Under the pieces are notes generated by a model. It was not told the origin of the DNA. It did no database searches and saw only the letters and a program-made list of their open reading frames with translations. Both the position numbers and the translations under genes were made by a program. Shown piece by piece: positions 1-9,526 of a stretch of DNA of 64,000 nt (positions are counted from its first letter, which is position 1; each line of letters starts with the position of its first letter). The DNA comes from an uncultured Gemmatimonadales bacterium (GTDB lineage: Bacteria; Gemmatimonadota; Gemmatimonadetes; Gemmatimonadales; GWC2-71-9): the NCBI GenBank assembly GCA_963795085.1, contig CAWCFX010000002.1, positions 288,001 to 352,000 on the forward strand, in the 5' to 3' direction.

Positions 1-1467
1 CGGCTGGCGGACATTGACGGGGACGGGGATCTCGACATCCTCGCCGAGGAGCCGTTCAGCTACATCCGGGTGTACCGGAACGAAGGAACCCGCACCGCCG
101 CGCGTTTCGCGCAAGTGCGGGACTCGCTCCGGGAGGCGGGGGGCGCGGCTCTCTTCGCGGACCGGCAGAACATTCCCAACATCACCGACCTCGACTGCAA
201 CGGCAAGCTCGACCTCTTCCTCGGCCGGGTGACCGGGGTGGTGGACCGCTATGAGGAGGATGGCACCGACCGCCACGGCCTGCCGGCGTTCCGGCTGGTG
301 GCGGAGCGGTTTGAGGGCATCGAGATTATCGGCGGCGGCAGCTGGCACGGCGCCAACACGCTGGCCTTCGCCGACTTTGATGCCGATGGCGACCAGGACC
401 TCTTCTGGGGCGATTTCTTCGAGCAGGGCCTGCTGCTGATCGAGAACCGGGGGAGCTGTGCCGCGCCCAACCTGCGGAGCGAGCCGGTGCGGTTCCCGGC
501 CCGCGACCCGGTGCTCACCAGCGGCTACAACGCGCCGGCCTTCGCCGACGTGGACGGCGACGGCGACCTGGACCTGCTGGTGGGCGTCATCGGCGGCGCG
601 TTTCTGCCGGCGCGGACGGCGGTGGACAACCTGTTCTTCCTGGAGCAGGCCGGCCCCCTCGACTTCCAGGTTCGGTCCCGCCAATTCCTGACGACGGTGG
701 ACGTGGGCAGCGAGAGCGCTCCCGTGCTGGCCGACCTCGACGGCGACGGCGACCTCGACCTGCTGCTCGCCAACAAGCTCGACCCCGCCGACCTGGAGAC
801 CTCGCGGGTGCATCACTTCGAGAACACCGGCTCGTCCAGCCGGCCGGTGTTCCAGCACCGGGGCCGGCTCGATTTCCGCGGCAACTTTCATTTCAGCCCC
901 ACATTGGGAGACCTGGACGGCGACGGCGACCTCGACCTCCTGCTGGGCACCTGGCAGGACCAGGTGCGCTTCTACCGGAACGAGGGCACCCGGCAGGCGC
1001 CGCGCTTCGTGCTGGTGGATTCCGCGATGGTGAAGATCCCCCGGGGCAGCAACACTACCCCGGCGTTGGGAGACCTGGACGGCGACGGCGACCTCGACCT
1101 GCTGATCGGGGAAGGCTCCGGGACCCTCAATTATTACCGCAACACCGGCACCCGCTCGGCGCCGGTCTTCGAACTGGTGAGCGAAGAGTGGAACGGGATT
1201 GATCCCGGCCGGCGGAGCGCGCCCTGCCTGGCGGACCTGGACGGCGACGGCGACCTGGACCTGCTGGTAGGGTCGGAGTCCGAAGGCATCCGCCTCTACC
1301 GCAACACCGGGTCCCGCACCCAGCCCGTGTTCACCCACGATCCTACGATGGTTTTGCCGGTGCATGCCTACGCCACCCCCGCCGCCGGCGACCTCGACGG
1401 CGATGGCGTCCCCGAGATCCTGGCCGGCGGGGTCGGCGGAGGTGTGCTCTACTTCACCCGGCGGTAG
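1..1467 (+). CDS. FG-GAP/VCBS repeat (beta-propeller) protein, 5' truncated by window edge
   Basis: Frame is open from base 1 (RLADIDGDGDLDI). Many DLDGDGDLDLL..G...YRNxG repeats. Stop TAG at 1465-1467. Confidence 0.85.
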   Translation, partial: RLADIDGDGDLDILAEEPFSYIRVYRNEGTRTAARFAQVRDSLREAGGAALFADRQNIPNITDLDCNGKLDLFLGRVTGVVDRYEEDGTDRHGLPAFRLVAERFEGIEIIGGGSWHGANTLAFADFDADGDQDLFWGDFFEQGLLLIENRGSCAAPNLRSEPVRFPARDPVLTSGYNAPAFADVDGDGDLDLLVGVIGGAFLPARTAVDNLFFLEQAGPLDFQVRSRQFLTTVDVGSESAPVLADLDGDGDLDLLLANKLDPADLETSRVHHFENTGSSSRPVFQHRGRLDFRGNFHFSPTLGDLDGDGDLDLLLGTWQDQVRFYRNEGTRQAPRFVLVDSAMVKIPRGSNTTPALGDLDGDGDLDLLIGEGSGTLNYYRNTGTRSAPVFELVSEEWNGIDPGRRSAPCLADLDGDGDLDLLVGSESEGIRLYRNTGSRTQPVFTHDPTMVLPVHAYATPAAGDLDGDGVPEILAGGVGGGVLYFTRR

Positions 1468-1519
1468 CCTCCTGACTCCCCACCCGCCCGCGCCTCGGAT
1501 TCCCAAGGAGAGCACGCCC

Positions 1520-4003
1520 ATGGTCCGCCGTTTCCTCATCCTGCCGGCCGCCCTGTCCCTCGCCGCCTGTACGCCCTCCCGGCCGGCGCCGGCCGCGGCC
1601 CCAGAACCCGCCGTCCGCGCCGCCCAGGTGCGGCCGGACACCACCGGGCGGATGCGGCGCTACGCCGACGTGATCACCGCGCGGGCCCGGACGGACAGCG
1701 GGTTGTTTCACGTCCACCTGGTCGGCGAGCGGCTGTACTACGAGATCCCCGATAGCCTCCTGGGCCGGGAGATGCTGCTGATGACCAGCATCGCCGGCGC
1801 GCCGAGCGGGTTGTCGGGATTCCTGACCGCGGGGAGCGTGATCGGCAAGCAGGTGCTCCGCTGGGAGCGGCGGGAGGACCGCATCGTGCTGCGCAAGCTG
1901 AGCTACGACAACGTCGCCAGCGACTCGCTCCCGGTCAGCCGGTCGGTGCGCAGCAACAACTTCGAGCCGATTCTCCAGGTGTTTGATATCAAGGCGGAGA
2001 ACCTGGATTCCTCCGCGGTGGTCATCGAGGTGACCGACTTCTTCAAGGAGGACGTCCCCGCCATCAGCGGCCTCACCAACGCGCAGCGGACCTCCTTCCG
2101 GGTTCGCCGGCTGGACCCCCGGCGGAGCCTGATTGACTACGCCCGCAGCTATCCCATGAATGTCGAGGTACGGCACACCCAGTCGTTCGATGCCGCGGAG
2201 CCGCCGTCCGACGCGGAGACGGCCACCATCAGCCTCCAGCTGCACCAGTCCATGGTCCTGCTGCCGCAGACCCCGATGCGGGTCCGCTTCGCCGACCACC
2301 GGGTCGGCTACCTCACCATCGAGCAGGTCAACTTCGGCCTGGATGAACAGAAGGCCGCCACCCGCAGCTTCATCCAGCGCTGGCGGCTGGAGCCCGCCGA
2401 CTCGGCGGCCTACGCCCGCGGCGAACTGGTGGAGCCGGTCACGCCGATCGTGTATTACCTCGACCCCGCGACTCCGGCCCAGTACCGGCCCTATGTCCGG
2501 CAGGGGATCGAGGACTGGCAGGGGGCCTTCGAGGCCGCCGGGTTCCGGAACGCCATCCTGGCGCGGGATCCGCCCACCGCCGCGGAAGATCCCGAGTGGA
2601 GCCCCGAGGACGTGCGCTACTCCACCGTGCGGTGGACCGCCAACCTGACCAGGAACGCGATGGGCCCCCGGGTAGCCGACCCTCGATCCGGCGAGATCAT
2701 TGACAGCGACATCATCTGGTACCACAACCACCTCCGCAGCTATCGCAACCGGCTCCTCCTGGAGACCGCCGCGGCCAATCCGGCGGCCCGCACGCTCCGG
2801 ATGCCGGACACCCTGCTAGGCGAGGCAATCCGCGCCGTCATTGCTCACGAGATCGGCCACGCCCTCGGCCTTCCCCACAACATGATCGCCAGCTCGGCCT
2901 ACCCGGTGGACTCTCTTCGCTCGGCGGCCTTCACCCAGCGGATGGGGCTGACGCCTACCATCATGGATTACGCCCGGCAGAACTACGTGGCCCAGCCGGG
3001 CGACAGCGGCGTGCGGTTCATCCGCACCATGGGTCCTTACGATCGGTACGTCATCAACTGGGGATACCGGGTGATCCCCGGCGCCACTCCTGAGTCGGAG
3101 CAGGCAGTACTGGACCGCTGGATCCTGGAGCATGCGGGAGACCCGGCCTATCGCTATGGCGTCCAGCGGGGCGGCCTGGCCGTGGATCCCCGGAACCAGA
3201 TGGAAGACCTGGGCGACGATCCGGTGCGGGCCAGCCGTTACGGGATCGCCAACCTCAAGCGGGTTCTCCCCAGCCTGCCGGCCTGGACCGCCACGGCTGG
3301 GGAAGGGTACGAGGACCTCGCCGAGCTGTATGGCGAGTTGCTGGGAATGTGGAGCACCTACACTGGGCACGTGGTGAGCCTGGTGGGCGGCGTGGAAGAG
3401 ACGCTCAAGGCCACGGAGGAAGCCGGCCCGGTCTTCGTGGCGGTGGATGCCGCGCGACAGCGCGCGGGGCTCAACTTCCTCGTGGAGGAGGTCTTTCGGA
3501 CGCCGAGCTGGCTGCTGGAGCCCGATGTCCTCCGCCGGATCGAGCATGCCGGCGGGGTGGACCGGCTCCGCGCCCTGCAGGCCGGCCGGCTGAACCAGTT
3601 GCTGGACCCGGGGCGCCTCCAGCGCCTGGTGGAGCAGGAGGCGATTGACGGAAGTCGCTACACCCTGGGGGTGTTTCTGGATCAGCTGAAGGAGGGCATC
3701 TGGTCGGAACTGGCGGGCGGCGGCGCGATTGATATCTACCGGCGAAATCTCCAGCGCGCCTGGGTGGAGCGGCTCCAGTACCTGCTGGAGGAGGAGCCGC
3801 CGGCGCCCACTCCGGGGAGCTCCGCGTGGCGGACCGCAGTGGACGTGAGCCAGTCGGACATCCGCGCGGCCGCACGGGCCCAGCTTCTCGAGGTCCGGAG
3901 TGCGGCGTCCCGGTGGCTGGCCCGGGGCAGTGATGCCGCGACCCGGATGCACCTGCGTGACATCATCGCCCGGATTGATGCGATGATGGATCCGGCGCGG
4001 TAG
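1520..4003 (+). CDS. Zinc-dependent metalloprotease lipoprotein (metzincin, DUF5117/DUF5118/DUF4953-like)
   Basis: AAGGAG upstream of ATG 1520; lipobox LAAC; HEIGHALGLPH zinc motif; IMDY Met-turn; DPRSGEI motif. Confidence 0.85.
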   Translation: MVRRFLILPAALSLAACTPSRPAPAAAPEPAVRAAQVRPDTTGRMRRYADVITARARTDSGLFHVHLVGERLYYEIPDSLLGREMLLMTSIAGAPSGLSGFLTAGSVIGKQVLRWERREDRIVLRKLSYDNVASDSLPVSRSVRSNNFEPILQVFDIKAENLDSSAVVIEVTDFFKEDVPAISGLTNAQRTSFRVRRLDPRRSLIDYARSYPMNVEVRHTQSFDAAEPPSDAETATISLQLHQSMVLLPQTPMRVRFADHRVGYLTIEQVNFGLDEQKAATRSFIQRWRLEPADSAAYARGELVEPVTPIVYYLDPATPAQYRPYVRQGIEDWQGAFEAAGFRNAILARDPPTAAEDPEWSPEDVRYSTVRWTANLTRNAMGPRVADPRSGEIIDSDIIWYHNHLRSYRNRLLLETAAANPAARTLRMPDTLLGEAIRAVIAHEIGHALGLPHNMIASSAYPVDSLRSAAFTQRMGLTPTIMDYARQNYVAQPGDSGVRFIRTMGPYDRYVINWGYRVIPGATPESEQAVLDRWILEHAGDPAYRYGVQRGGLAVDPRNQMEDLGDDPVRASRYGIANLKRVLPSLPAWTATAGEGYEDLAELYGELLGMWSTYTGHVVSLVGGVEETLKATEEAGPVFVAVDAARQRAGLNFLVEEVFRTPSWLLEPDVLRRIEHAGGVDRLRALQAGRLNQLLDPGRLQRLVEQEAIDGSRYTLGVFLDQLKEGIWSELAGGGAIDIYRRNLQRAWVERLQYLLEEEPPAPTPGSSAWRTAVDVSQSDIRAAARAQLLEVRSAASRWLARGSDAATRMHLRDIIARIDAMMDPAR

Positions 4004-4078
4004 CGCGGGGCACCGGCGGCCCGCGATCGCCAACGGCCGATGGAGTACACGCAGCGGCTGGGAGCCAAGAGGCTCGAC

Positions 4079-4215
4079 ATGGCGGCACCCATCAAAGACT
4101 ACCAAGGGAGCGGGAACGTCTTCGCGGGTGTCGGGCTGCCAAACCCCGAGAAGCGGTTGGCCCTAGGCCATACTGACAACCGAGATTGTCCAGCGGCGGG
4201 GCCTCAGCTCGGCCC
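4079..4215 (+). pseudogene. Degraded XRE/HTH antitoxin remnant
   Basis: Reads GSGNVFAGVGLPNPEKRLA, then AILTTEIVQRRGLS in a shifted frame after an in-frame TAG. This resembles the SGNVFADLGL...LAKA.L...I..RGLTQ N-terminus of HigA-like antitoxins. The HTH is missing. Confidence 0.6.
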
Positions 4216-4417
4216 AAGGCAAAAATAGCCCGGTGGGCACATTGCCGGCAGATTCCCACAATCCTGAAGCCTCCCCTCCGTGTGCCAACAGCCTTGGTCC
4301 ACCGGCCAACCGCCCCCAGTGTGCGGTGTCGATTTCACCTCTCGCTATTCGACGTGGTTACAGGGCCTCGCAAATCGGCCCGAAACATTGAACGGGGGCA
4401 ATACCCAAGGAGCAGTG

Positions 4418-5056
4418 ATGCGCCTGAGAATGGGAATTTCAATGTCGCTCGATGGATTCGTCGCCGGCCCCAATCAGTCCGTCGCCAACCCCCTCGGCCA
4501 AGGTGGAGAGGCGCTGCACGACTGGGTCGTGGCGCTCGAGGCCTGGCGCTTGCGGCACCAACTGAAGGGCGGGGACGTGAATCCCAGCAATGCCGTCCTG
4601 CGGGAGTCGCTCGCTAACATCGGCGCAACCATCATGGGTCGCAGGATGTTCGGCGGACATCCCGGTGGCTGGGACCTCAAGAAACCGTGGCAGGGCTGGT
4701 GGGGTGATGATCCACCGTTCCATCACCCGGTATTCGTGCTTACCCACCATCCCCGCCCCAGGCTCGCGCTCACGGGCGGAAACAGCTTCACCTTTGTCAC
4801 CGATGGGATCGAGTCGGCGTTGCGCCAGGCGGGCGAGGCGGCGGGCGGGAAGGACGTCGCGCTGGCCGGCGGGGCCCAGGCCTGCCAGGAATACCTTCGC
4901 GCGGGGCTGGTGGACGTAATGGAGATTCACCTGGTGCCGATCCTGCTCGGCGGCGGCGAGCGACTGTTCGAAGGGGTGAGCGATCTCCATGGACTCAGGC
5001 CGGTACGCACCGTCGCGGCCCGGGAGGTCACCCACCTGAAATTTGAGAGGAGCTAG
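4418..5056 (+). CDS. Dihydrofolate reductase family protein (RibD C-terminal-like)
   Basis: AAGGAG RBS; motifs SMSLDGFVAG, MGRRMF, VFVLTH and GLVDVMEIHLVPILLGGGERLF. Confidence 0.85.
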   Translation: MRLRMGISMSLDGFVAGPNQSVANPLGQGGEALHDWVVALEAWRLRHQLKGGDVNPSNAVLRESLANIGATIMGRRMFGGHPGGWDLKKPWQGWWGDDPPFHHPVFVLTHHPRPRLALTGGNSFTFVTDGIESALRQAGEAAGGKDVALAGGAQACQEYLRAGLVDVMEIHLVPILLGGGERLFEGVSDLHGLRPVRTVAAREVTHLKFERS

Positions 5057-5062
5057 CCAGGT

Positions 5063-5998
5063 ATGACCACCATCGTGAGACACACCATTCTCGTGGCACT
5101 GGCCGCCGCGTCTGCGGCGTGCGGCAGAGAGGCCGGGCGCCCGGTAGTGTCCGCCGATTCGGCCCGGCAACCGCAGGGTCACCGGGTCGACATCCATGGA
5201 ATGCAGATGTACTATGAAATCTCCGGCGCCGGCGAACCCCTGATCGTGCTGCACGGCGCCTACATGAACATTCCCAGCATGGGCGCGATCATCCCAGCGC
5301 TGGCGAAAACCCACCGGGTGTACGCGCTGGAACTGCAGGGACACGGCCGAACCACCGACCGCGACCGGCCCATCACCTACGCCGGGATGGCGGATGATGT
5401 GGCCGCATTCATGGACAGGGTTGGCCTCGCAAAGGCCGATGTGTTCGGCTATTCCATGGGCGGGCAAGCCGGGCTGCAGCTCGCCATCCGCCATCCGGCG
5501 AAGGTGAACAAGCTCGTCCTGGCATCGGTGGCCTACGACCTGGGGGGCTGGCAGCCGGTGTACACCGCCGTCATCCCGCAGATGACCGTCGAAATGATTG
5601 TCAGCATGCCGTTCGCGGAGGACTATCGCCGGCTCGCGCCCAATCCGGACGGCTTCCCCGCGCTGGTGGAAAAGCTGATCGCGCTCGAGAAAGAGCCCAT
5701 GGCCTGGTCGGCGGACGTCAAGGCCATCACCAGCCCCGTGCTCATCATCGCCGGCGACGCCGACGTGATGACTCTCGAACATTCGGTGGCGCTGTTCCGG
5801 CTCCTGGGTGGCGGTGCCATGGGCGACATGGGCACCCCGCTCTCTGCGTCCCGGCTGGCCATCATGCCCGCGACGTCCCACACCGCGGTGATCACCCAGA
5901 CCGGCCTGCTTCACGCCTTCATCGAGCCGTTTCTCAGCGGAGAGACACCGAAAGGAATGTTCGAGCAGGGTGATTCGGCCAATCAGTCGGCCCGGTAG
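5063..5998 (+). CDS. Alpha/beta fold hydrolase, probable lipoprotein
   Basis: GAGGAG RBS; signal peptide with SAAC; LHG oxyanion motif; GYSMG nucleophile elbow. Confidence 0.85.
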   Translation: MTTIVRHTILVALAAASAACGREAGRPVVSADSARQPQGHRVDIHGMQMYYEISGAGEPLIVLHGAYMNIPSMGAIIPALAKTHRVYALELQGHGRTTDRDRPITYAGMADDVAAFMDRVGLAKADVFGYSMGGQAGLQLAIRHPAKVNKLVLASVAYDLGGWQPVYTAVIPQMTVEMIVSMPFAEDYRRLAPNPDGFPALVEKLIALEKEPMAWSADVKAITSPVLIIAGDADVMTLEHSVALFRLLGGGAMGDMGTPLSASRLAIMPATSHTAVITQTGLLHAFIEPFLSGETPKGMFEQGDSANQSAR

Positions 5999-6059
5999 TA
6001 AGCCCGTCACACCTCCAGCATCGCCAAGCCCCGCTGCTGGCCTCACCCCCTGACGCCCG

Positions 6060-6551
6060 CTAGAACGTGCGTTCGTCGGCGGAGGGCCCGTAGGTCGCCG
6101 GCACCGGGACATCGAGGAGCCGCAGGTACACGGTGAGCTGGGCCCGGTGATGGATCAGGTGGTTCAGGTGGTTCCGCACCACCACGGTGCGCGGCGCGCT
6201 CCACAGCGTCTGGCTGGCGTGGGTGAGCGACCAGGTCTCCGCCCAGGCGCCCGCCGGCGTCTCCTCCAGCGCCGTCCGCGCTGCGGCGACGTTCCGGTCG
6301 AACCCGGCCAGCAGGGACTCGGTGGTCTCGTAGGAGTAGCTCCCCGCCCGGCCCAGGTCCAGCACAGGGTCTCGCAGGGTGGTGCCGATCCAGCCGGGCA
6401 TCCAGGACACCAGTTGCGCGAGGTGGCCCAGAGAAAATGACTTCGGGTGCGGCTTCCAGGTGCCCTGGTCGGTCGGAACCCGTTCCAGCACCCGGCGGGT
6501 GATGGCCATCTCCTGGTCGAACTCGGGGATCAGCGCCGGTCCCGGCTGCAT
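6060..6551 (-). CDS. DinB family protein
   Basis: GGAGGA RBS; motifs EMAITRRVLERVP, WKPHPKSFSLGHLA and NHLIHHRAQLTVYLRLL. Confidence 0.85.
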   Translation of the reverse strand: MQPGPALIPEFDQEMAITRRVLERVPTDQGTWKPHPKSFSLGHLAQLVSWMPGWIGTTLRDPVLDLGRAGSYSYETTESLLAGFDRNVAAARTALEETPAGAWAETWSLTHASQTLWSAPRTVVVRNHLNHLIHHRAQLTVYLRLLDVPVPATYGPSADERTF

Positions 6552-6565
6552 TGGTCCTCCATGAC

Positions 6566-7033
6566 TTAGAACGACACCCGCATGCCCATGAGGGTCGCGC
6601 CGTTGGCCTCGCGGACCTCGGGCTCGAACGGAATATTGCCGGGCCGGCCCTTGGGCCGGGTCAGCTCCCAGATGAAACCCACCGCAGCCCCGGCCAGTGC
6701 CGTCTGGCCGCCCACCAGCCACGTCCGAGCTCGGCGGTCATAGCGCAGCGAACGCTGGTACGCCTGTTCCAGCCCCGGGTCGGCGTAGGCGCCACCGGGC
6801 AGGACGGTGCACCGGGTCCGGTCGGTGGTGCAGGCATCGGCCACCTCGGCAAAGGCGGCGTCCGCTTCCTGGTGCGCGCTCCGGGCCAGCAGGTTCATCA
6901 CGGCGGATGCCGCGAGCAATCCCCACTTGCCATATTTCACCAGCCCCGGCGAGCCCGCCGGCGGCGTCGCCTGCGCGGCCAGCGGCGGGGCCAGCACGGT
7001 GAACAGCAGGAGGACGATGGCCGCGCGCTTCAT
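6566..7033 (-). CDS. Hypothetical exported/membrane protein
   Basis: Signal peptide MKRAAIVLLL...LAAQ; two hydrophobic segments; C-terminal F. Start overlaps the stop of the upstream gene. Confidence 0.6.
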   Translation of the reverse strand: MKRAAIVLLLFTVLAPPLAAQATPPAGSPGLVKYGKWGLLAASAVMNLLARSAHQEADAAFAEVADACTTDRTRCTVLPGGAYADPGLEQAYQRSLRYDRRARTWLVGGQTALAGAAVGFIWELTRPKGRPGNIPFEPEVREANGATLMGMRVSF

Positions 7034-8139
7034 AGCCGGTACCGGTGCAGGTCGCCCCGGCCGCCGATAGCCAGGAATCCGTCGGGCAGCACCAGCGCGG
7101 GGAGCGCGATCGGCCCGGTGATCTGCACCCGCCAGGCGATGGCGCCGCTCCGGGTGAACCCGAACAGCGTCCCATCGGCGTTGCCCGCGACGATCCATTC
7201 GCCCACCATCACCGGCGGGCTGAGAAAAGGGGACCGGACCCGGACCAGCTGTTCCGCGACGGGGACTGCGGCCAGCAGGATCCGGTAGAGGGTGCCGATC
7301 CGGGTGAGCGCATAGACCGTGTCCCCGGCCAGGAGCAGGGTGCCGATCACCGGTGCGTCCAGCTGCACCGACCAGGCGGCCGCCAGGGAATCGGGCCGCA
7401 TGCCTACCACGAGGGAATCGGTGGTCCCCGCGATCCGGTAGTCCCGGTGCGCCACCCAGCCGCCCAGCACGGTGCCCGGGGTCGGGCGCCGCTCCAGTAC
7501 CTTGCCATCGGCCCCGTTCAGCCGGAACACGGAATCAATGGTGGTGACGATGATGCTGCCGTTGCCGCCTTCGATGGCCGCAGTGCGGGCAATGCCCAGC
7601 CGGCGCCGCCACTGGATGCGGCCGGTGGCCGGATCGAGCGCCAGCACGGTGCCGGTGCGGTTGGCCGCGACGAGGTGGCCATGGGCCAGGGCAGGGGGCG
7701 CCGCCGCGAGCCCGATCTCGGTGTCCCAGAGCCGCTGCCCCCGCACGATGTCAATGCCGTAGGCCCGGCCATCGGGACGCTCGGTGTGGGCATACACCCG
7801 CCGCTGGTCCGCCACCACGCCTTCCGCCACCGGGCCCATCACCCGGGCACTCCATCGGGTGGTGCCGTTCCTGAGGTCAATTGCGATCACGTGGCGGTCG
7901 GCCGCGCCCAGGTAGGCCACGGTGTCGCTGTAGGCGACGGCGCCCCCCAGCCCCCGGCCGGCCCGGCGGGACCAGACTTCCTCCCAGGGCGTGCCCGGAA
8001 GGGCCACCGGCGCGCCCGCGGGCGTGAGATCCACCAGGGGCACGGGCTTGTAGCGGGAACACGCCGCGTTGACGCTTCCGAGGAGCAGGACTAAACTCCA
8101 CCCGCCTTTCCACCAGGTCCGAATGCCCGGAAGGGCCAT
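7030..8139 (-). CDS. PQQ-binding-like beta-propeller (BamB-like) lipoprotein
   Basis: Lipobox NAAC; repeated A[IL]DxxxGxxxW propeller motifs. Confidence 0.75.
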   Translation of the reverse strand: MALPGIRTWWKGGWSLVLLLGSVNAACSRYKPVPLVDLTPAGAPVALPGTPWEEVWSRRAGRGLGGAVAYSDTVAYLGAADRHVIAIDLRNGTTRWSARVMGPVAEGVVADQRRVYAHTERPDGRAYGIDIVRGQRLWDTEIGLAAAPPALAHGHLVAANRTGTVLALDPATGRIQWRRRLGIARTAAIEGGNGSIIVTTIDSVFRLNGADGKVLERRPTPGTVLGGWVAHRDYRIAGTTDSLVVGMRPDSLAAAWSVQLDAPVIGTLLLAGDTVYALTRIGTLYRILLAAVPVAEQLVRVRSPFLSPPVMVGEWIVAGNADGTLFGFTRSGAIAWRVQITGPIALPALVLPDGFLAIGGRGDLHRYRL

Positions 8140-8165
8140 GATGCCTCACACCGTGGTTGGTCGCG

Positions 8166-9464
8166 ATGAACGTAGCCGTACAGATCAGGCAGTTGAGCCA
8201 GCACGCCGGCCAGTCCGTGACCGTGCGCGGGTGGGTGACCACCGTGCGGACCAGCGGGAAACTCGCCTTCGTCAATCTTCGGGACGGGACCGGATACCTG
8301 CAAGCCGTGGTCTCCAAACGGGACGTGCCGGACGCCGCGTGGGCCGCCGCCCAGGCTCTCACCCAGGAAACCTCCCTCAGCGTCACCGGCCTGGTCCGGG
8401 AGGATCCCCGTGCCGCCGGCGGGTACGAGGTCTCGGCGACCGATCTGCAGGTGCTGGGACCCAGCGAGGACTTTCCCATCTCTCCCAAAGAGCATGGGAC
8501 GACTTTCCTCTTCGAGCATAGACACCTCTGGCTCCGGAGCCGCCGGCAGGTGGCTATCGCCCGGGTGCGCCACGAGGTCATCCAGGCGATGCGGGACTTC
8601 TTTCACCAGGATGGTTTTACCCTGGTGGACGCCCCCATCCTGACCGGGTCAATCGGGGAAGAGGCCGGCAACCTGTTCGCCACCGACTACTTCGACCTGG
8701 GCAAGGCCTATCTCGCCCAGACCGGGCAGCTCTACATCGAGGCCGCCGCGGCCGCCCTCGGCAAGGTGTACTGCTTCGGGCCCACCTTCCGCGCCGAGAA
8801 GTCCAAGACCCGCCGGCACCTGACCGAGTTCTGGATGGTGGAGCCGGAGGTGGCCTTCAACGATTCCGACGACAACATGCGGCTGCAGGAGCGGTTCGTC
8901 TCCTACATCGTCGGCCGCGCCCTGGAGACCCGGTCGGAAGAGCTGAAAGAGCTGGAGCGTGACACCGCGGCCCTGGAGCGGGTCGCAGCGCCGTTCGCCC
9001 GGATCTCCTATACCGATGCCATCAGCACATTAACCGGGTTGGGCTCCGATATCACATGGGGGAAGGACCTCGGCGCCGACGACGAGACCCTGCTGGCAAA
9101 GCAATTCGACCGGCCGGTGTTCGTTTTCAACTATCCCCGGGAGGTCAAGGCATTTTACATGAAGGAAAACCCGGACGACCCGCGGACCGTGCTCAACAAC
9201 GATTGCCTGGCCCCGGAAGGTTACGGCGAGATCATTGGCGGCTCTCAGCGGGAGGATGACCACGACCGGCTGCTGGCCCGAATCCGGGAGCAGGGGCTCG
9301 ATCCCGCCGCGTATGGCTGGTACCTCGACCTCAGGAAGTACGGCACCTTCGTGCACTCCGGCTTCGGCCTCGGGGTGGAGCGCACGATCGCCTGGATCTG
9401 CGGCCTACCCCACATCCGGGAAGCGATCGCGTTCCCGCGACAGATCCACCGGCTCCACCCATGA
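8166..9464 (+). CDS. asnS: Asparagine--tRNA ligase
   Basis: OB-fold RGWV...LRDGTG; FGPTFRAEKSKTRRHLTEFWMVEPE; EIIGGSQRE; GFGLGVER. Confidence 0.95.
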   Translation: MNVAVQIRQLSQHAGQSVTVRGWVTTVRTSGKLAFVNLRDGTGYLQAVVSKRDVPDAAWAAAQALTQETSLSVTGLVREDPRAAGGYEVSATDLQVLGPSEDFPISPKEHGTTFLFEHRHLWLRSRRQVAIARVRHEVIQAMRDFFHQDGFTLVDAPILTGSIGEEAGNLFATDYFDLGKAYLAQTGQLYIEAAAAALGKVYCFGPTFRAEKSKTRRHLTEFWMVEPEVAFNDSDDNMRLQERFVSYIVGRALETRSEELKELERDTAALERVAAPFARISYTDAISTLTGLGSDITWGKDLGADDETLLAKQFDRPVFVFNYPREVKAFYMKENPDDPRTVLNNDCLAPEGYGEIIGGSQREDDHDRLLARIREQGLDPAAYGWYLDLRKYGTFVHSGFGLGVERTIAWICGLPHIREAIAFPRQIHRLHP

Positions 9465-9468
9465 GGCC

Positions 9469-9526
9469 GTGAGAGGTGAGAAGTGAGCAAGCCGTTCCCT
9501 TTCACTGCTCACCTCCTACCTCTCAC
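9469..9526. repeat. Heptamer inverted-repeat hairpin between convergent asnS and mazG
   Basis: GTGAGAG GTGAGAA GTGAGCA, a 16-nt loop, then TGCTCAC CTCCTAC CTCTCAC. Confidence 0.75.

Noticed and set aside
540..1410. Repeated GACCTGGACGGCGACGGCGACCTCGACCTGCTG at roughly regular spacing, superficially CRISPR-like
   Set aside because: These are in-frame coding repeats (DLDGDGDLDL) of the FG-GAP protein; the spacing is far too long and there are no cas genes.
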